Positions 9,831-23,705 of a DNA stretch of 41,616 nt are shown piece after piece. The position numbers and the translations under genes are program-made. Positions within the stretch are counted from its first letter, which is position 1. Every line of letters starts with the position of its first letter. The notes beneath the pieces are model-generated. The model ran no database searches, was not told the DNA's origin, and saw nothing but the letters and a program-made list of their open reading frames with translations. Source of the stretch: Octopus sinensis (Eukaryota); assembly GCF_006345805.1 (NCBI RefSeq), contig NW_021835253.1:1-41616 (forward strand). Reading direction: 5' to 3'.

Positions 9831-10618
9831 TGTGTATGTATATGCATCAATGTTTGCATATATACGTGTTTATATGAATGTGCACATGTGTGTACGTTGG
9901 GCGTTTTCTAGTTTGTAGTGTTTTCTCCTCAGCATAAAATGTCTTCGCTGGAAGATGCTTCGTTGGAATATGCAGCTTCTTTTTGTATTTTACGTGGAGG
10001 GATTAAATGAAAGAAAAAAAAAGTGATTGTGAAAAAGTGTAGTTTATTTATTTGCTTATTTATCGCAAGAACCATCTTCGGAGGAAAGTGTTTATTACTT
10101 TGTATTTTGAATAGAAATGTAAAAAAAAAATTGAGAGGGACGCACACACATGCACAGATGTATATATTTATACTTATACTAATATGTATTATATGCACGT
10201 CAATACATATATATGTATATGCATGCATATATATTGACATATATATAATAGATATATGTGTGTGTGTTTATGTATTATAATATGCATATATGTAAACATA
10301 TGCATATGTATATATATATATTGTGTGGTGTGTGTGTGTGTCTAGTATACATACGCATAAATATGTAGATATATATATATATATAATATATATATAGATA
10401 TATATATATGTATTGTTATATATGTATATATATATATATATAATATATCTATATATATATATATATATATTTATATTATATATATCGAAAATTAAAGATA
10501 TATGTATATGAATATATATATTAATATTTACATATATATAGAGAGAGATATGTACACACGCACGTATATATCTAAATGTATGGATTTGCATACATATACA
10601 TGTGTGTGTGTATAAGTG

Positions 10619-10652
<34 letters not shown>

Positions 10653-11150
10653 GTGTGGTGTGTGTGTGTGTGTGTGTGTACGTACATATACGACTCTAAG
10701 GCATCATAAACATTCATAATGTTCGTTTCAAATGATGTATAGACGTATATGTTGTGTGTATATGTGTGTGAGCATGTGCGCGCGCGTCTGTGTGTGTGTT
10801 TTGTATTAAGAATTTATAATGATTTCGAAGGCTCTGCTTTGCTGTTGTGCAAGACGATGTAATGAAAGTAAATATGTGGCGATTATTCCGATTTAACTAT
10901 TGAAACATAAACAAAAATAGATGCAAATGCCTTTTTTAAATAAATGTTTTACAAGATATATGTATGCAGATGCGTATGTGTGTAAAATGCATAAATATTT
11001 GTCTGCAATAAAAATCGAAATATTAAACAAGCTGTTTATTGAATATTCAAATAAAAGTATGAAACGTAAATATGAAGGATTTCTGTCCGGCTTGAGGAAA
11101 GTTATATTGTGTTTAATAAATAAACCATCAATCAAAGGGATAATGCTCTG

Positions 11151-11184
<34 letters not shown>

Positions 11185-11229
11185 TACAGACAGACAGACA
11201 CACACACATATATATATACACACGCATAT

Positions 11230-11265
11230 ATATACAAACATATAATAATAATAATAATAATAATA

Positions 11266-11296
<31 letters not shown>

Positions 11297-11358
11297 AAGA
11301 AGAAGAAGAAGAAGAAGAAGAAGAAGAAGAAGAAGAAGAAGAAGAAGAAGAAGAAGAA
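11230..11358. repeat. (ATA)n followed by (GAA)n (~30 units)
   Basis: Direct reading. Confidence 0.95.
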
Positions 11359-11601
11359 ATATTCCAAACTTACAGGGAAAAATTCAATTTAGTATTTCGC
11401 TTTTGGATTTGGTTTTCAAGATTCTTTATATGAGTTCGTGTGTTGATGCATATTCTGTTGTGTCTGGGGAGAGTCATTTTCTTTTTGTGCCTTATAATGT
11501 AACATACTCACCGGTAAAATTTTAGGAACATAAAAATAAGAAATAAGTTCAATTTAGTAAATATAGTAAAAATATTGTAAAAAGTAAGCAACGTTTTGGA
11601 A

Positions 11602-11655
11602 CATGAAGAATTTGTACCGGATTTTTGAAAATATAGCCACGAAACACGTGTAGTC
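11602..11655 (+). ncRNA. Decayed hammerhead relic (3' half of the core intact)
   Basis: GAAA-C-ACGU-G-UA at 11641-11652 with palindromic tetraloop; 5' core degenerate (catgaaga) and stem II not recoverable. Confidence 0.3.
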
Positions 11656-11923
11656 TTTTTACCAATTATATACTATTTATTTATTATTTTGTATTATTTA
11701 CTTAATTATTGGTATATGCTTTATCGTATATTTAATTTTTTTTCTATATGGTATAATTTAATTATATCATTATTATTTCGTTGTTGAATTGCTACTTGGT
11801 GGTTCTTCTCTAACTTATATACTTATACATACACACCACACACACACAAATGTATATATATTATATATATATATAATATATATATTATATATATATATAT
11901 ATAATTATATATATAATTATATA

Positions 11924-11957
<34 letters not shown>

Positions 11958-11994
11958 GATATATACATGTGTGTGTGTGTGCGTGTGTAAAATT

Positions 11995-12275
11995 GTTTAC
12001 TTCTTTGTTTTAAGACCACAGGACCATACTGGAGCTCTGCCTTCAAGGATTCTAGTTATGCAAATCGAACCTAGTACTTCTTGCGTTTTCTTTTTGAAGT
12101 GTTGTACCTATTCAATGGGTTTCTTTCGCTGACTGCTTGCTTACAAGGACGTAAACAAACCAGCGCTGGTTTTCAAACGGTGATTACAAACACAGAGAAA
12201 AACATGCACACACATACACACATACACGCATATATCAGGCAGACTACCACAGAGTCTACTAAATTCACTCACAAG
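11995..12275 (-). mobile_element. Diverged SINE family A, 3' half
   Basis: gaccatactggagctctgcc, gacgtaaacaaaccagcg and aaattcactcacaagg match the reverse complement of family A segments. Confidence 0.55.
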
Positions 12276-12299
12276 GTATTGATATATTGTATTATATTA

Positions 12300-13445
12300 T
12301 CAGGCTGAGTAAAAAGTAAGTAACGTTCTGGAAGATAAAATTCATCACAATATATTTCAACAATGCGGAAATTTTATTCAACAAAGTACTATTACAATCA
12401 ACACATTTTTGCCAACGAGTTACAAGCTTGTTTATTCTGGTAACATTAAAATCTGGAGTTCTGGAGCTGATGAACTCTTTGAACGCACTTTCAGCATCGG
12501 TTTGATTTTTGAATTCCTTCTTTCGCGGGAAATCATTAAGGTGCTTGAAAAAGTGGTAGTCAGTAGGAGAAAGGTCTGGACAATAAACTGGGTGGGGAAG
12601 AACTTTGTAACCAAGTTCCGTCAACTTCTGGAGTCATCATTAGATATCTTTATATATAAAAGTGAAGTTGTGTGTCTGTCTCCTACGATTTAGATTCCTA
12701 ACTCCTCCCACATTTTGCGGTGCAGTTTAACCAAAACCGGGTATCTTATAGTCGTGATTCATATCGAGCCCTTCTGGGTATTAGCGCGCGTCTACGATTT
12801 TAAAAATAATTTACCATCATTTTTTTCCATTTTATTGCATTTTTCGCTATTATATAAGGGAAGTAACTCTCTAAAAATGTCTACGATGAGTCAACGATTT
12901 AAAAAAAAATTTACCATTTTTTAACTATTTTTTGGCTATAACTCTCTAAAAATGCTTATATAGTTATTTCCCTTACAAACCCGAGCAACGCCGGGCGATA
13001 CTGCTAGTAACATATATTATGCTATATATATATTGGTGGCCGAGCATTGTCATGAAGAATGATTGGCCCTCTTCTCTTGACCAGTTTTTCGTTCATTTTG
13101 GCAATTTCATGGCCATATGTTTCTGCAGTAATGGTTTTTCCGGGTTTAAGAAGTTATAGAGGATGAGTCCAGCAGTACAACACCACCAAACAGTCACCAT
13201 TACCTTCTTTTTGAAGAGCTCGGGTTTAAGGAAGGTTTTCGGTGCTTCATTTTGGTCCAACCACTGCGAACAATGTTTTTCGTTATTGTACAGAATCCAC
13301 TTTTCATCGCAAGTTGCAATACAGTCGAGAAATGGATCAGTCTAGTTAGAGAAAGGAAGTGATGAGCAAATTTCATATCTGTGCATTTTCTGACTTTCAT
13401 TTAAATCGTGTGGTACCCATTTGTGGAGCTTTTTTTGACATTCGC
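12300..13445 (-). mobile_element. Mariner (DD34D) transposase remnant with 3' TIR, split by a Helitron
   Basis: Minus-strand IATCDEKWILY (about 13290-13320), HDNARP (13037-13054), then ELGYKVLPHPVYCPDLSPTDYHFF...RWQKCV; TIR tcaggctgagtaaaaagtaag after TA at 12298-12299. Confidence 0.9.
12647..13007 (+). mobile_element. Non-autonomous Helitron
   Basis: A|TC start, CTAG|T end, subterminal hairpin CCCGAGCAACGCCGGG (12980-12995), no TSD; second copy at 40906. Confidence 0.9.
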
Positions 13446-13667
13446 CACAGAAACCGGGAAACCGGGCCCATGAGCCTGGCTAGGCTTGAAAAGGGCGGAA
13501 AGAAGAAGAAGCATTCATAACTTTTTCAATGGCATTCATTTCAGAACAGATGTAAACAGAGTTTTGTAATTTGTTTACTAAGAGCACAGAACTTCGCTGT
13601 TCTTCGGGGATGCAAGAAAGCTACTATCTCTTTTACATAGCTCACTCGTTTTTGTTGGCTTGTATGA

Positions 13668-13956
13668 AAGAGCGTGGCTTAGTGGTTAGGCGTATTCGGA
13701 TCGCGATCGTGATGTGTCCTGAAGCAAAATACGTTATTTCACGCTGCTCCAGAACACTACGATGGCAAAAATGATTAGTACTTTATATTTCAAAGGGCCA
13801 GCCTTGTCACATTCTGTTTCACATTGAATTTCCCTGAGAACTGCGTTAAGAGTACGCATATGGAGTTCTCAGTCGCTTGCACGTTAGTTTCACGAACAAG
13901 CTGTTCCGTTGATCGGATCAACTGAAACGCTCGTCGTCGTAACCGACGGAGTGCCA
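13668..13956 (+). mobile_element. tRNA-derived SINE with family D head and family E tail
   Basis: gcgtggcttagtggttagg head; tail ctgttccgttgatcggatcaactgaaacgctcgtcgtcgtaaccgacggagtgcc shared with the 30431 and 40274 elements. Confidence 0.75.
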
Positions 13957-14543
13957 TTTAGTTGGCCTATAGTAATTCTTTATTTAACGACTTGTCTCAA
14001 TTGAATAAAGTGGCCATCAACAGTTTCTCGTCAGAAAGACGTTGGCATCAGAAAGTTTGCTGCATCGAAAGTTGCCAAAGAATAAGTCACCCCTGGACAA
14101 CGGCCAAAATGCTAATCACCAATACTTTAGGAATTTATATTACTGTACTGTTGCCATGCTCAGTATACTTTCCAAACTCTCCCGTTGTTGGCTGCCAGTA
14201 AACATTTTAGCTAAATGACCAAATTCATCTGTAATCTGCATTAGCGCTGTCTGTCTGCTTTACAATGGTTGTTACTGAATATCTTTTGCCCCTCTCACAC
14301 ACAATTACTAAATGTGCGCGCGTGTGCGCGTGTCCGCGTGCGTAAGTGACTGTGGCTTTCTCATGTTTATTATAAACAGGGGCTACTTCTACGAATCACT
14401 GTTTCATTCAATTTGCCTTTTGTTGACAGTATGCATGTGACTTTGGAAGAATAAAAAATGTGTATTCATGCTAGTATCTGCATTGCATGTGTATATGGGA
14501 ATATGTGCTTGATTGAACGTCTCTCCCTCTCCCTTTCTCTCTC

Positions 14544-14592
<49 letters not shown>

Positions 14593-14750
14593 GATGAGAG
14601 AGAGAGAGAGAGACGAGAGAGAAATTAAATATAAAATATAATTACAATTGGGACAAGAAAGCAAAAAAAAACACACAGACGGGTCACTCGAAGCTTCTAA
14701 TCTTCAGTCGGAACCGGAACACTTAGCAATTTCGGCTGTTTAATCTCGAA

Positions 14751-14794
<44 letters not shown>

Positions 14795-14921
14795 GTGTAC
14801 ATTTAAACACATGAGGAATCCACTCGTGGAATTCAACACGTTAGAAAGAACAGCTAGGTTCCATAACCACACATATATATTATATATATATGTACATATA
14901 TTATAAAATAAAAAAAATAAA

Positions 14922-15170
14922 TGTTCCTTTTCGAGCCATGTCAGACTCATAAGGTCCGGTTTCCCGGTTTCAGTGGCGTACAAATTCCCCACCTGGACGG
15001 GACGCCGGTCCGTCGCAGGATTACTCATTTTTGCCAGATGAGTGGACTGGAGCAACGTGAGAATGAAGTGTTTTGTTCAAGAACACAACGCATCGCCCGG
15101 TCCAGGAATCGAAACCACAACCTTACGATCATGAGTTCAACACCCTAACCACTAAGCCACGCGTCTCTAC
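14922..15170 (-). mobile_element. tRNA-derived SINE, family D (V-domain-like segment)
   Basis: Minus strand: gcgtggcttagtggttaggg...ggtttcgattcc, then cctgcgacggaccggcgtcccgtccagg; its 3' end also occurs alone at about 13448-13500. Confidence 0.8.
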
Positions 15171-15193
15171 TACGTATGTATATATATATATAT

Positions 15194-15242
<49 letters not shown>

Positions 15243-15252
15243 AATAGATATA

Positions 15253-15812
15253 GGCGCACGAGTGGCTGTGTGGTAAGAAGCTTGCTTACCAACTACATGG
15301 TTCCGGGTTCAGTTCCACTGCATGGTACCTTGGGCAAGTGTCTTCTAGTATAGCCTCGGGCCGACCAAAGCTTTGTGAGTGGATTTGGTATTGGTAGACG
15401 GAAACTGAAAAACACCTGTCGTATATATAATATATATATATAATATATATTATATATATAATATATATATATATGTGTGTGGTGTGTGTGTTGTGGGTGG
15501 GTGTGTGTGTGTGTATGTGCGTATGTGGTATGTTGTGGTGTGGTGTGTGTGTGTGCGCGTTGCGTGTGAAATATATGTGTGTGTGTGCGTGTGCGTGTGT
15601 ATGTGTGTGTTTGTGTGTCTGTGTGTGCTCTTCCACCACCATCGCTTGACAACCGATGTTCGTGTGTTTACGTTTCCGTAACTTTGCGGTTCGAGACCGA
15701 TAGAATAAGTACTAGGCTTACAAAGAATAAGACTTGGAGTCGACTTGTTCGACTAAAAGCGGTGCTCCAGCATGACCACAGTCAAATAACTGTAACACAT
15801 AAAAGGATAAAA
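15253..15812 (+). mobile_element. SINE family A, full length, with internal microsatellite
   Basis: ggcgcacgagtggctgtgtggtaag head; ggtaccttgggcaagtg CORE-like segment; gctccagcatgaccacagtc tail. Confidence 0.9.
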
Positions 15813-15834
15813 GTATATATATATATATATATAT

Positions 15835-15958
15835 ATCACTGTGATCACTGTGACCGACCAGGCTATCAGATGTTGTTACACATCGCTGGTCACAATGCGC
15901 TTCGCATTGTTTTAGCCTTCAAATGACGCCATCCCGTTGGCTAAGCGAGCAGGCCAAT
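15835..15958 (-). mobile_element. Probable LINE 3' UTR fragment
   Basis: Minus strand ends ggtcggtcacagtgatcacagtgata, a short tandem tail abutting (TA)n. Confidence 0.4.
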
Positions 15959-16083
15959 ATATATGCACACACACACACACACGCACACCAACACACACAC
16001 CCAACACGCAAATTTATACACATATGTATATGTTTATATTTTCTTATATAACTATACAACTATACATAATACATGCATGCATG

Positions 16084-16147
<64 letters not shown>

Positions 16148-17289
16148 ATCGAAGAGAAGTATTTCGTACACAATGTAGAAATTGAGTATTTTATTAGCGA
16201 CTGCAGCTTCTTGAATCATAAAGTCTAATTTCACGATTCCTATTGTTTATGAGACTGACGAAAATAGCAATCGGACAATATGTAAGAAAATATGTTTAAA
16301 AATAATTTTGAGATATGAATGGCTAACAGGACATTGACATTTGATTAGTTACCAAAAAGCCTTTGTAAAATGCATCACATTGTCCACATTTAAAACTCGT
16401 GATATTTTCCTTTATTTAGTACCACGTGCGAAAGTGCGATGTTTGCACACTTTTAATATCAAGCGTTCAGGGAAAGTACTTTTGTTAGTGAAGTGTTAAT
16501 GCTGAAAAATATGTAATTCTTTTTAAATATTGGCCAACTTTCACTGTACGAAAAATCAGTTTTGTAACAAATAACCTAACTGGAAATTTATCAGTAAATA
16601 TCTGCTAGATTGAAATGTCTAAAGAACTAATTTGTTTAACTTATCAACAGTAACTTTTCTAACGCTCAAGACCACTCTATGCATGTTAAACAAAGATAAA
16701 CTTTGTATCATACGATAGCATTCTCATACAACATGCACGACAGACAATTGGCAAATATAGAAACGACCTAACAGGAAAATTCGGGTGATTTGATTTAAGT
16801 TTCACCATTAGCAACAACCTGTCTGTCTAGACATTGCGCTAGATTTGATTACAGGCAAACGTAACTCTTAAAGAAAGGTAAATAGGAAGCTATATGCATA
16901 CTCTCCAACTATGATCAAGAATTTTATAGAGGACATAAATCGAAAAGTTTCCTTCTTATTCTCGGAGATATTTCCGATAAAGCCACTCCTATTGGAGTAA
17001 TTATATCCATTAGATCCGTGATTATACCATCATTTTTCCCCCGACTGTATTGTATCTAGGTCTACGTTATTTAATGTTATATTCCATTACTAGAACGGGA
17101 GGATGTGATTCGAAGGATAATTGGCAACTATTTTTAGTACATCAGACGACCATGAGGGCTTTAATAATTAGTATGCCATGAACTAGTATCAATTCTGTCG
17201 ACTTTTAGCCCCTTTCCTGGTTAGAAATTACTGTATATTGAGCCGGGATGAGAAATCGATATTTGTAGATGTATCGCAAAAACATAACT

Positions 17290-17640
17290 GGTGGTTGATG
17301 AGGATGATGGATATGACGATGTGGCGGGAACTAAAAAAGAAGGTGAAGGGAGGAGGAGGAGGAGGAGGTGGATGAGGTGGAGGTGGAGGAGAAAGAAGGC
17401 GGAAAAGGAGAAGAATAGTGATGAGCAGAACGAATATGAGAGAGAAGAGGTGAGATGATGACAAGGAGGCGATGGAGGGCGATGACGGGGAAGATGATGA
17501 TGATGATGACGATGAAGTCGATGACGACGACAGTGGCGAAGACGATGACGATGACGATGACGACGACGAAGATCATGATCATGATCTATATCATCATCAT
17601 CATCATCATCATCATAATGTCGGTGGCGACGATTACGCCA
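17290..17640. repeat. Trinucleotide low-complexity tract (GGA/GAT/GAC then CAT)
   Basis: Direct reading. Confidence 0.85.
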
Positions 17641-17813
17641 ATAACTACGGCAACGAGGGCAACGAATAGCATATAAAATAAACATATAAATAAACCAGTC
17701 ATCCCTCAACAACAACAAAAATAAAAAATAAAATAAAATAAAAAATATATATAAATTCGAGAAAAAAAAGAAATGGTAAATAAATCATGAAATATAGAAG
17801 AAGAAAAAAACCC

Positions 17814-20800
17814 CACACGCACACATATACACACATATCCACACAAACGTATACACACGCACACATATACACACATATCCACACAAACGTATACACACGC
17901 ACACATATACACACATATCCACACAAACGTATACACACGCACACATATACACACATATCCACACAAACGTATACACACGCACACATATACACACATATCC
18001 ACACAAACGTATACACACGCACACATATACACACATATCCACACAAACGTATACACACGCACGCATATACACACATATCCACACAAACGTATACACACGC
18101 ACACATTCCACCACACAAACGTATACACACGCACACATATACACACATATCCACACAAACGTATACACACGCCACCATATACACACATATCCACACAAAC
18201 GTATACACAGGCACGCATATACACACATATCCACACAAACGTATACACACGCACACACATATACACACGTATCCACACAAACGTATACACACGCACACAT
18301 ATACACACATATCCACACAAACGTATACACACGCACACATATACACACATATCCACACAAACGTATACACACGCACACATATACACACATATCCACACAA
18401 ACGTATACACACGCACACATATACACACATATCCACACAAACGTATACACACAAACACATATACACACATATCCACACAAACGTATACACACGCACACAT
18501 ATACACACATATCCACACAAACGTATACACACGCACACATATACACACATATCCACACAAACGTATACACACGCACACATATCCACACAAACGTATACAC
18601 ACGCACACATATACACACATATCCACACAAACGTATACACACGCACGCATATACACACATATCCACACAAACGTATACACACGCACACATATACACACAT
18701 ATCCACACAAACGTATACACACGCCACACATATTCACACAAACGTATACACACGCACACATATACACACATATCCACACAAACGTATACACACGCACACA
18801 TATCCACACAAACGTATACACACGCACACATATACACACATATCTACACAAAACGTATACACACGCACACATATACACACATATCCACACAACGTATACA
18901 CACGCACGCATATACACACATATCCACACAAACTATACACACGCACACACATATACACACGTATCCACACAAACGTATACACACGCACACATATACACAC
19001 ATATCCACACAACGTATACACACGCACAATATACACACATCCACACAAACGTATACACACGCACACACATATACACACGTATCCACACAAACGTATACAC
19101 ACGCACACATATACACACATATCCACACAAACGTATACACACGCACACATATACACACATATCCACACAAACGTATACACACGCACACATATCCACACAA
19201 ACGTATACACACGCACACATATACACACATACCCACAAAACACGTATACACACGCACACACATATACACACGTATCCACACAAACGTATACACACGCACC
19301 ACATATACACACATATCCACACAAACGTATACACACGCACACATATACACAAATAATCCACACAAACGTATACACACGCACACACATATACACACGTATC
19401 CACACAAACGTATACACACGCACACACAATATACACACGTATCCACACAAACGTATACACACGCACACATATACACACAATCCACCCAAACGTATACACA
19501 CGCACACACATATACACACGTATCCACACAAACGTATACAACGCACACATATCCACACAAACGTATACACACGCACACATATACACCACATATCCACACA
19601 AACGTATACACACGCAACATATACAACATATCCACACAAACGTATACACACGCACACATATCCACACAAACGTATACACACGCACACATATACACACATA
19701 TCCACACAAACGTATACACACGCACACACATATACACACGTATCCACACAAACGTATACACACGCACACATATACACACATATCCACACAAACGTATACA
19801 GACGCACACATATACACACATATCCACACAAACGTATACACACGCACACATATACACACATATCCACACAAACGTATACACACGCACACACATATACACA
19901 CGTATCCACACAAACGTATACACACGCACACACATATACACACGTATCCACACAAACGTATACACACGCACACATATACACACATATCCACACAAACGTA
20001 TACACACGCACACACATATACACACGTATCCACACAAACGTATACACACGCACACATATCCACACAAACGTATACACACGCACACATATACACACATATC
20101 CACAAACGTATACACACGCACACATATCCACACAAACGTATACACACGCACACAATACACACATATCCACACAAACGTATACACACGCACACCACATATA
20201 CACACGTATCCACACAAACGTATACACACGCACACATATACACACATATCCACACAAACGTTACACACGCACACATATACACACATATCCACACAAACGT
20301 ATACACACGCACACATATACACACTATCCACACAAACGTATACACACGCACACAACTATACACACGTATCCACACAAACATATACACACGCACACACATA
20401 TACACACGTATCCACCACAAACGTATACCAACGCACACATATACACACATATCCACACAAACGTATACACACGCACACACATATACACACGTATCCACAC
20501 AAACGTATACACACGCACACATATACACACATATCCACACAAACGTATACACACGCACACATATACACACATATCCACACCAAACGTATACACACGCACA
20601 CATATACACACATATCCACACAAAGTATACACAGCACACACATATACACACGTATCCACACAAACGTATACACACGCACATATACACACATATCCACACA
20701 AACGTATACACACGCACGCATATACACACATATCCACACAAACGTATACACACGCACACATATACAACATATCCACACAAACGTATACACCACGCACACA

Positions 20801-21796
20801 CATATACACACGTATCCACACAAACGTATACACACGCACACATATACACACATATCCACACAAACGTATACACACGCACACATATCCACACAAACGTATA
20901 CACACGCCACATATACACACATATCCACACAAACGTATACACACGCACACATAACACACATATCCACACAAACGTATACACACGCACACATATCCACACA
21001 ATCCACACAAACGTATACACACGCACACATATACACACATATCCACACAAACGTATACACACGCACACATATCCACACAAACGTATACACACGCACACAT
21101 ATACACACATATCCACACAAACGTATACACACGCACACATATACACACAGATCCACACAAACGTATACACACGCACACATATACACACATATCCACACAA
21201 ACGTATACACACGACACACATCCACACAAACGTATACACACGCACACATATACACACATATCCACACAAACGTATACACACGCACACATATACACACATA
21301 TCCACACAAACGTATACACACGCACGCATATACACACATATCCACACAAACGTATACACACGCACGCATATACACACATATCCACACAAACGTATACACA
21401 CGCACACACATATACACACGTATCCACACAAACGTATACATATACACACATATACACACATATCCACACAAACGTATACACACGCACACATATACACACA
21501 TATCCACACAAACGTATACACACGCACACATATACACACATATCCACACAAACGTATACACACGCACACATATACACACATATCCACACAAACGTATACA
21601 CACGCACACATATCCACGCAAACGTATACACACGCACACATATACACACATATCCACACAAACGTATACACACGCACACATATACACACGTATCCACACA
21701 AACGTATACACACGCACACATATACACACATATCCACACAAACGTATACACACGCACACACATATACACACATATCCACACAAACGTATACACACA
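17814..21796. repeat. ~4 kb minisatellite, 40 bp unit (acacatatacacacatatccacacaaacgtatacacacgc) with 42 bp and 30 bp variants, about 100 copies
   Basis: Exact 40 bp periodicity at 17821-18100; variants interspersed. Confidence 0.98.
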
Positions 21797-22364
21797 AACA
21801 CACACACACACATCTAAATAAACATATACACGCACGCAAACGCTGAAGACTTATAATAAACAAGAATTGTAGCTGGAACGTCGTTGAGTGGCAGCTCTGT
21901 TTGCAGGTGAGACACGCAGATAAAGTGTGCATATCGTCTCTATGTACCAAAACAGCATTTCTCTCCTCTTCCATATATGCACATAATAAGAAGCAGATGT
22001 GTTGTAGATTTTATGCAAAAGTAATTCTAGTGTAAATCGGAGATGATCTTGTTTCTTCTTTTTTATTTGTGTGTGTGTATGTTGTGTAATATTTGTTTTT
22101 TTTTAAATATTTTTTTAAAAACTTATTTGTTTGTGTATTGGTTTGTGTTTGTTTGTTTGTTTGCTTATGTTTGTTTGTTTGTTTGGTTCGTTTTTGTGGA
22201 AGGTCTTCTTTTTTTTTTGTCTTTTTTATGCTTTTCTTTTGGGGTTTGTATTATTGTATCTATTCGTTTTCAGTGCATGCAATAGCGACTATTCTATACT
22301 TAAGGCTTGCACACTGTCGACAAACAAACGGTGTGTGTGCAGTGTATGTTCCTTTATGCGTGCA

Positions 22365-22860
22365 TGTGTGTATGTGTATGTGTGTTTTCTTTGTGTGTGT
22401 GTGTGTCTGTGTGTGTGTGTGTGTGTGTGTGTTTTCTTTTTTGTGTGTGTGTGTGTGTGTGTGTATGTGTGTTTTCTTTTTTTTTGTGTGTGTGTGTGTG
22501 TATGTGTGTTTTTTTTTTTGTGTGTGTGTGTGTGTGTGTGTATGTGTGTTTTCTTTTTTGTGTGTGTGTGTGTATGTGTGTGTGTGTGTTTTCTTTTTTT
22601 TGTGTGTGTGGTGTGTGTATGTGTGTTTTCTTTTTGTGTGTGTGTGTGTGTATGTGTATGTGTGTTTTCTTTTTTTGTGTGTGTGTGTGTGTGTGTATGT
22701 GTGTTTTCTTTTTGTGTGTGTGTGTGTGTGTGTATGTGTGTTTTCTTTTTGTGTGTGGTGTGTGTGTGTGTGTATGTGTGTTTTCTTTTTGTGTGTGTGT
22801 GTGTGTGTATGTGTGTTTTCTTTTTGTGTGTGTGTGTGTCGTGTGTCGTGTGTCTGTCTG
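22365..22860. repeat. Minisatellite of ~12 units, tatgtgtgttttctttttt(gt)n
   Basis: Recurring gttttcttttt cores separated by variable (GT)n. Confidence 0.9.
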
Positions 22861-23034
22861 AGATAGGGATTGCTTCGATGTATGTATAAGAGGTGCGTGA
22901 ATGTGTGTATAATGTGCATAAAGTGTTTATATAGATGTTCGCGTAGAAGTAAACACAAACGCTGGAGAATACATACATTCACGCAAATACACAGACACAC
23001 ATTCACACAAATGCGCATAACACACACACACATT

Positions 23035-23132
<98 letters not shown>

Positions 23133-23284
23133 GAGACATGTGTGTTTGTGTATATAGGGGGTGTACACGCATATTCAATTGATTTCATTTCAGTTTATTT
23201 TATAGAAGCAAATATATGAGGACAGATTCCTATATACACAAAAGAGCACATTCCAGAACATACACATATAACTATGAGCTGGAA

Positions 23285-23520
23285 ACAACGAGAACGCCTC
23301 TAAGTGTTCGATCGACCTTGTAGAAATAGCAACCAAATCACCCTTGAACTGTCTTTATAAGTCATATTAATCACCCCTGAATTGACTATATAAATCATAT
23401 TTTAAAAAAAGCGACATTGAATAATGTTGTCTTATATACACTTGTATAGAAATACAAATTTCTCACGACTGCGGCTGCTAGTTTCTAAGGTGTGCCTGAT
23501 CAGAGAGGCTAGGCTAAGCT
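23285..23520 (+). mobile_element. Diverged SINE-like repeat, family C
   Basis: aagtgttcgatcgaccttgtagaaatagcaaccaaatc resembles segments at 33345 (+) and 32925-33300 (-). Confidence 0.5.
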
Positions 23521-23624
23521 ACTTTGATTATAAATATGTATGTTTTAACATATCCTACAGATTGGAATAAGCAACGGCAACATCAACAACTTCCAAGACT
23601 AAACAAAGGCGAGGACGACGACGA

Positions 23625-23705
23625 CGCCGATGGAGAGGATGGTGATGACGATGACGATGATGACGATGATGATGATGATGATCATCATCATCATCATCAT
23701 CATTA
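23625..23705. repeat. (GAC/GAT)n switching to (CAT)n, containing a 34 bp perfect palindrome
   Basis: 23665-23698 is self-complementary, centred on GATC at 23680-23683. Confidence 0.9.

Noticed and set aside
8130-11367. MYVC-, HTYI-, IY- and poly-Phe ORFs
   Set aside because: Di-, tri- and tetranucleotide microsatellite translations.
14677-14750. Minus-strand GAAA...CUGAAGA as a permuted hammerhead
   Set aside because: No stem II pairing and no stem III/NUH geometry.
16886-17059. 58-codon stop-to-stop frame EAICILSNYDQEFYRGHKS...
   Set aside because: No start codon, poor acceptor, no recognisable motif; length is within chance.
17221-17718. Poly-Asp/poly-His ORFs (also 23524-23776, 28922-29285, 34336-34836)
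   Set aside because: Trinucleotide runs open in many frames, with no flanking complex coding sequence or splice support.
17814-21796. CRISPR-like regular 30-42 bp periodicity
   Set aside because: Head-to-tail units with no unique spacers, no cas genes, and a eukaryotic context.
21873-21906. Possible micro-exon ending at CAG|GTGAGA
   Set aside because: Good donor but no pyrimidine tract upstream of the AG, and an uninformative peptide.
17699-21974. Very long ORFs (1055 aa on +, up to 1013 aa on -), His/Thr- or Cys/Val-rich
   Set aside because: They are translations of the 40 bp minisatellite. The main unit is not a multiple of 3, several frames on both strands are open, and frames switch at indels, so there is no coding constraint.
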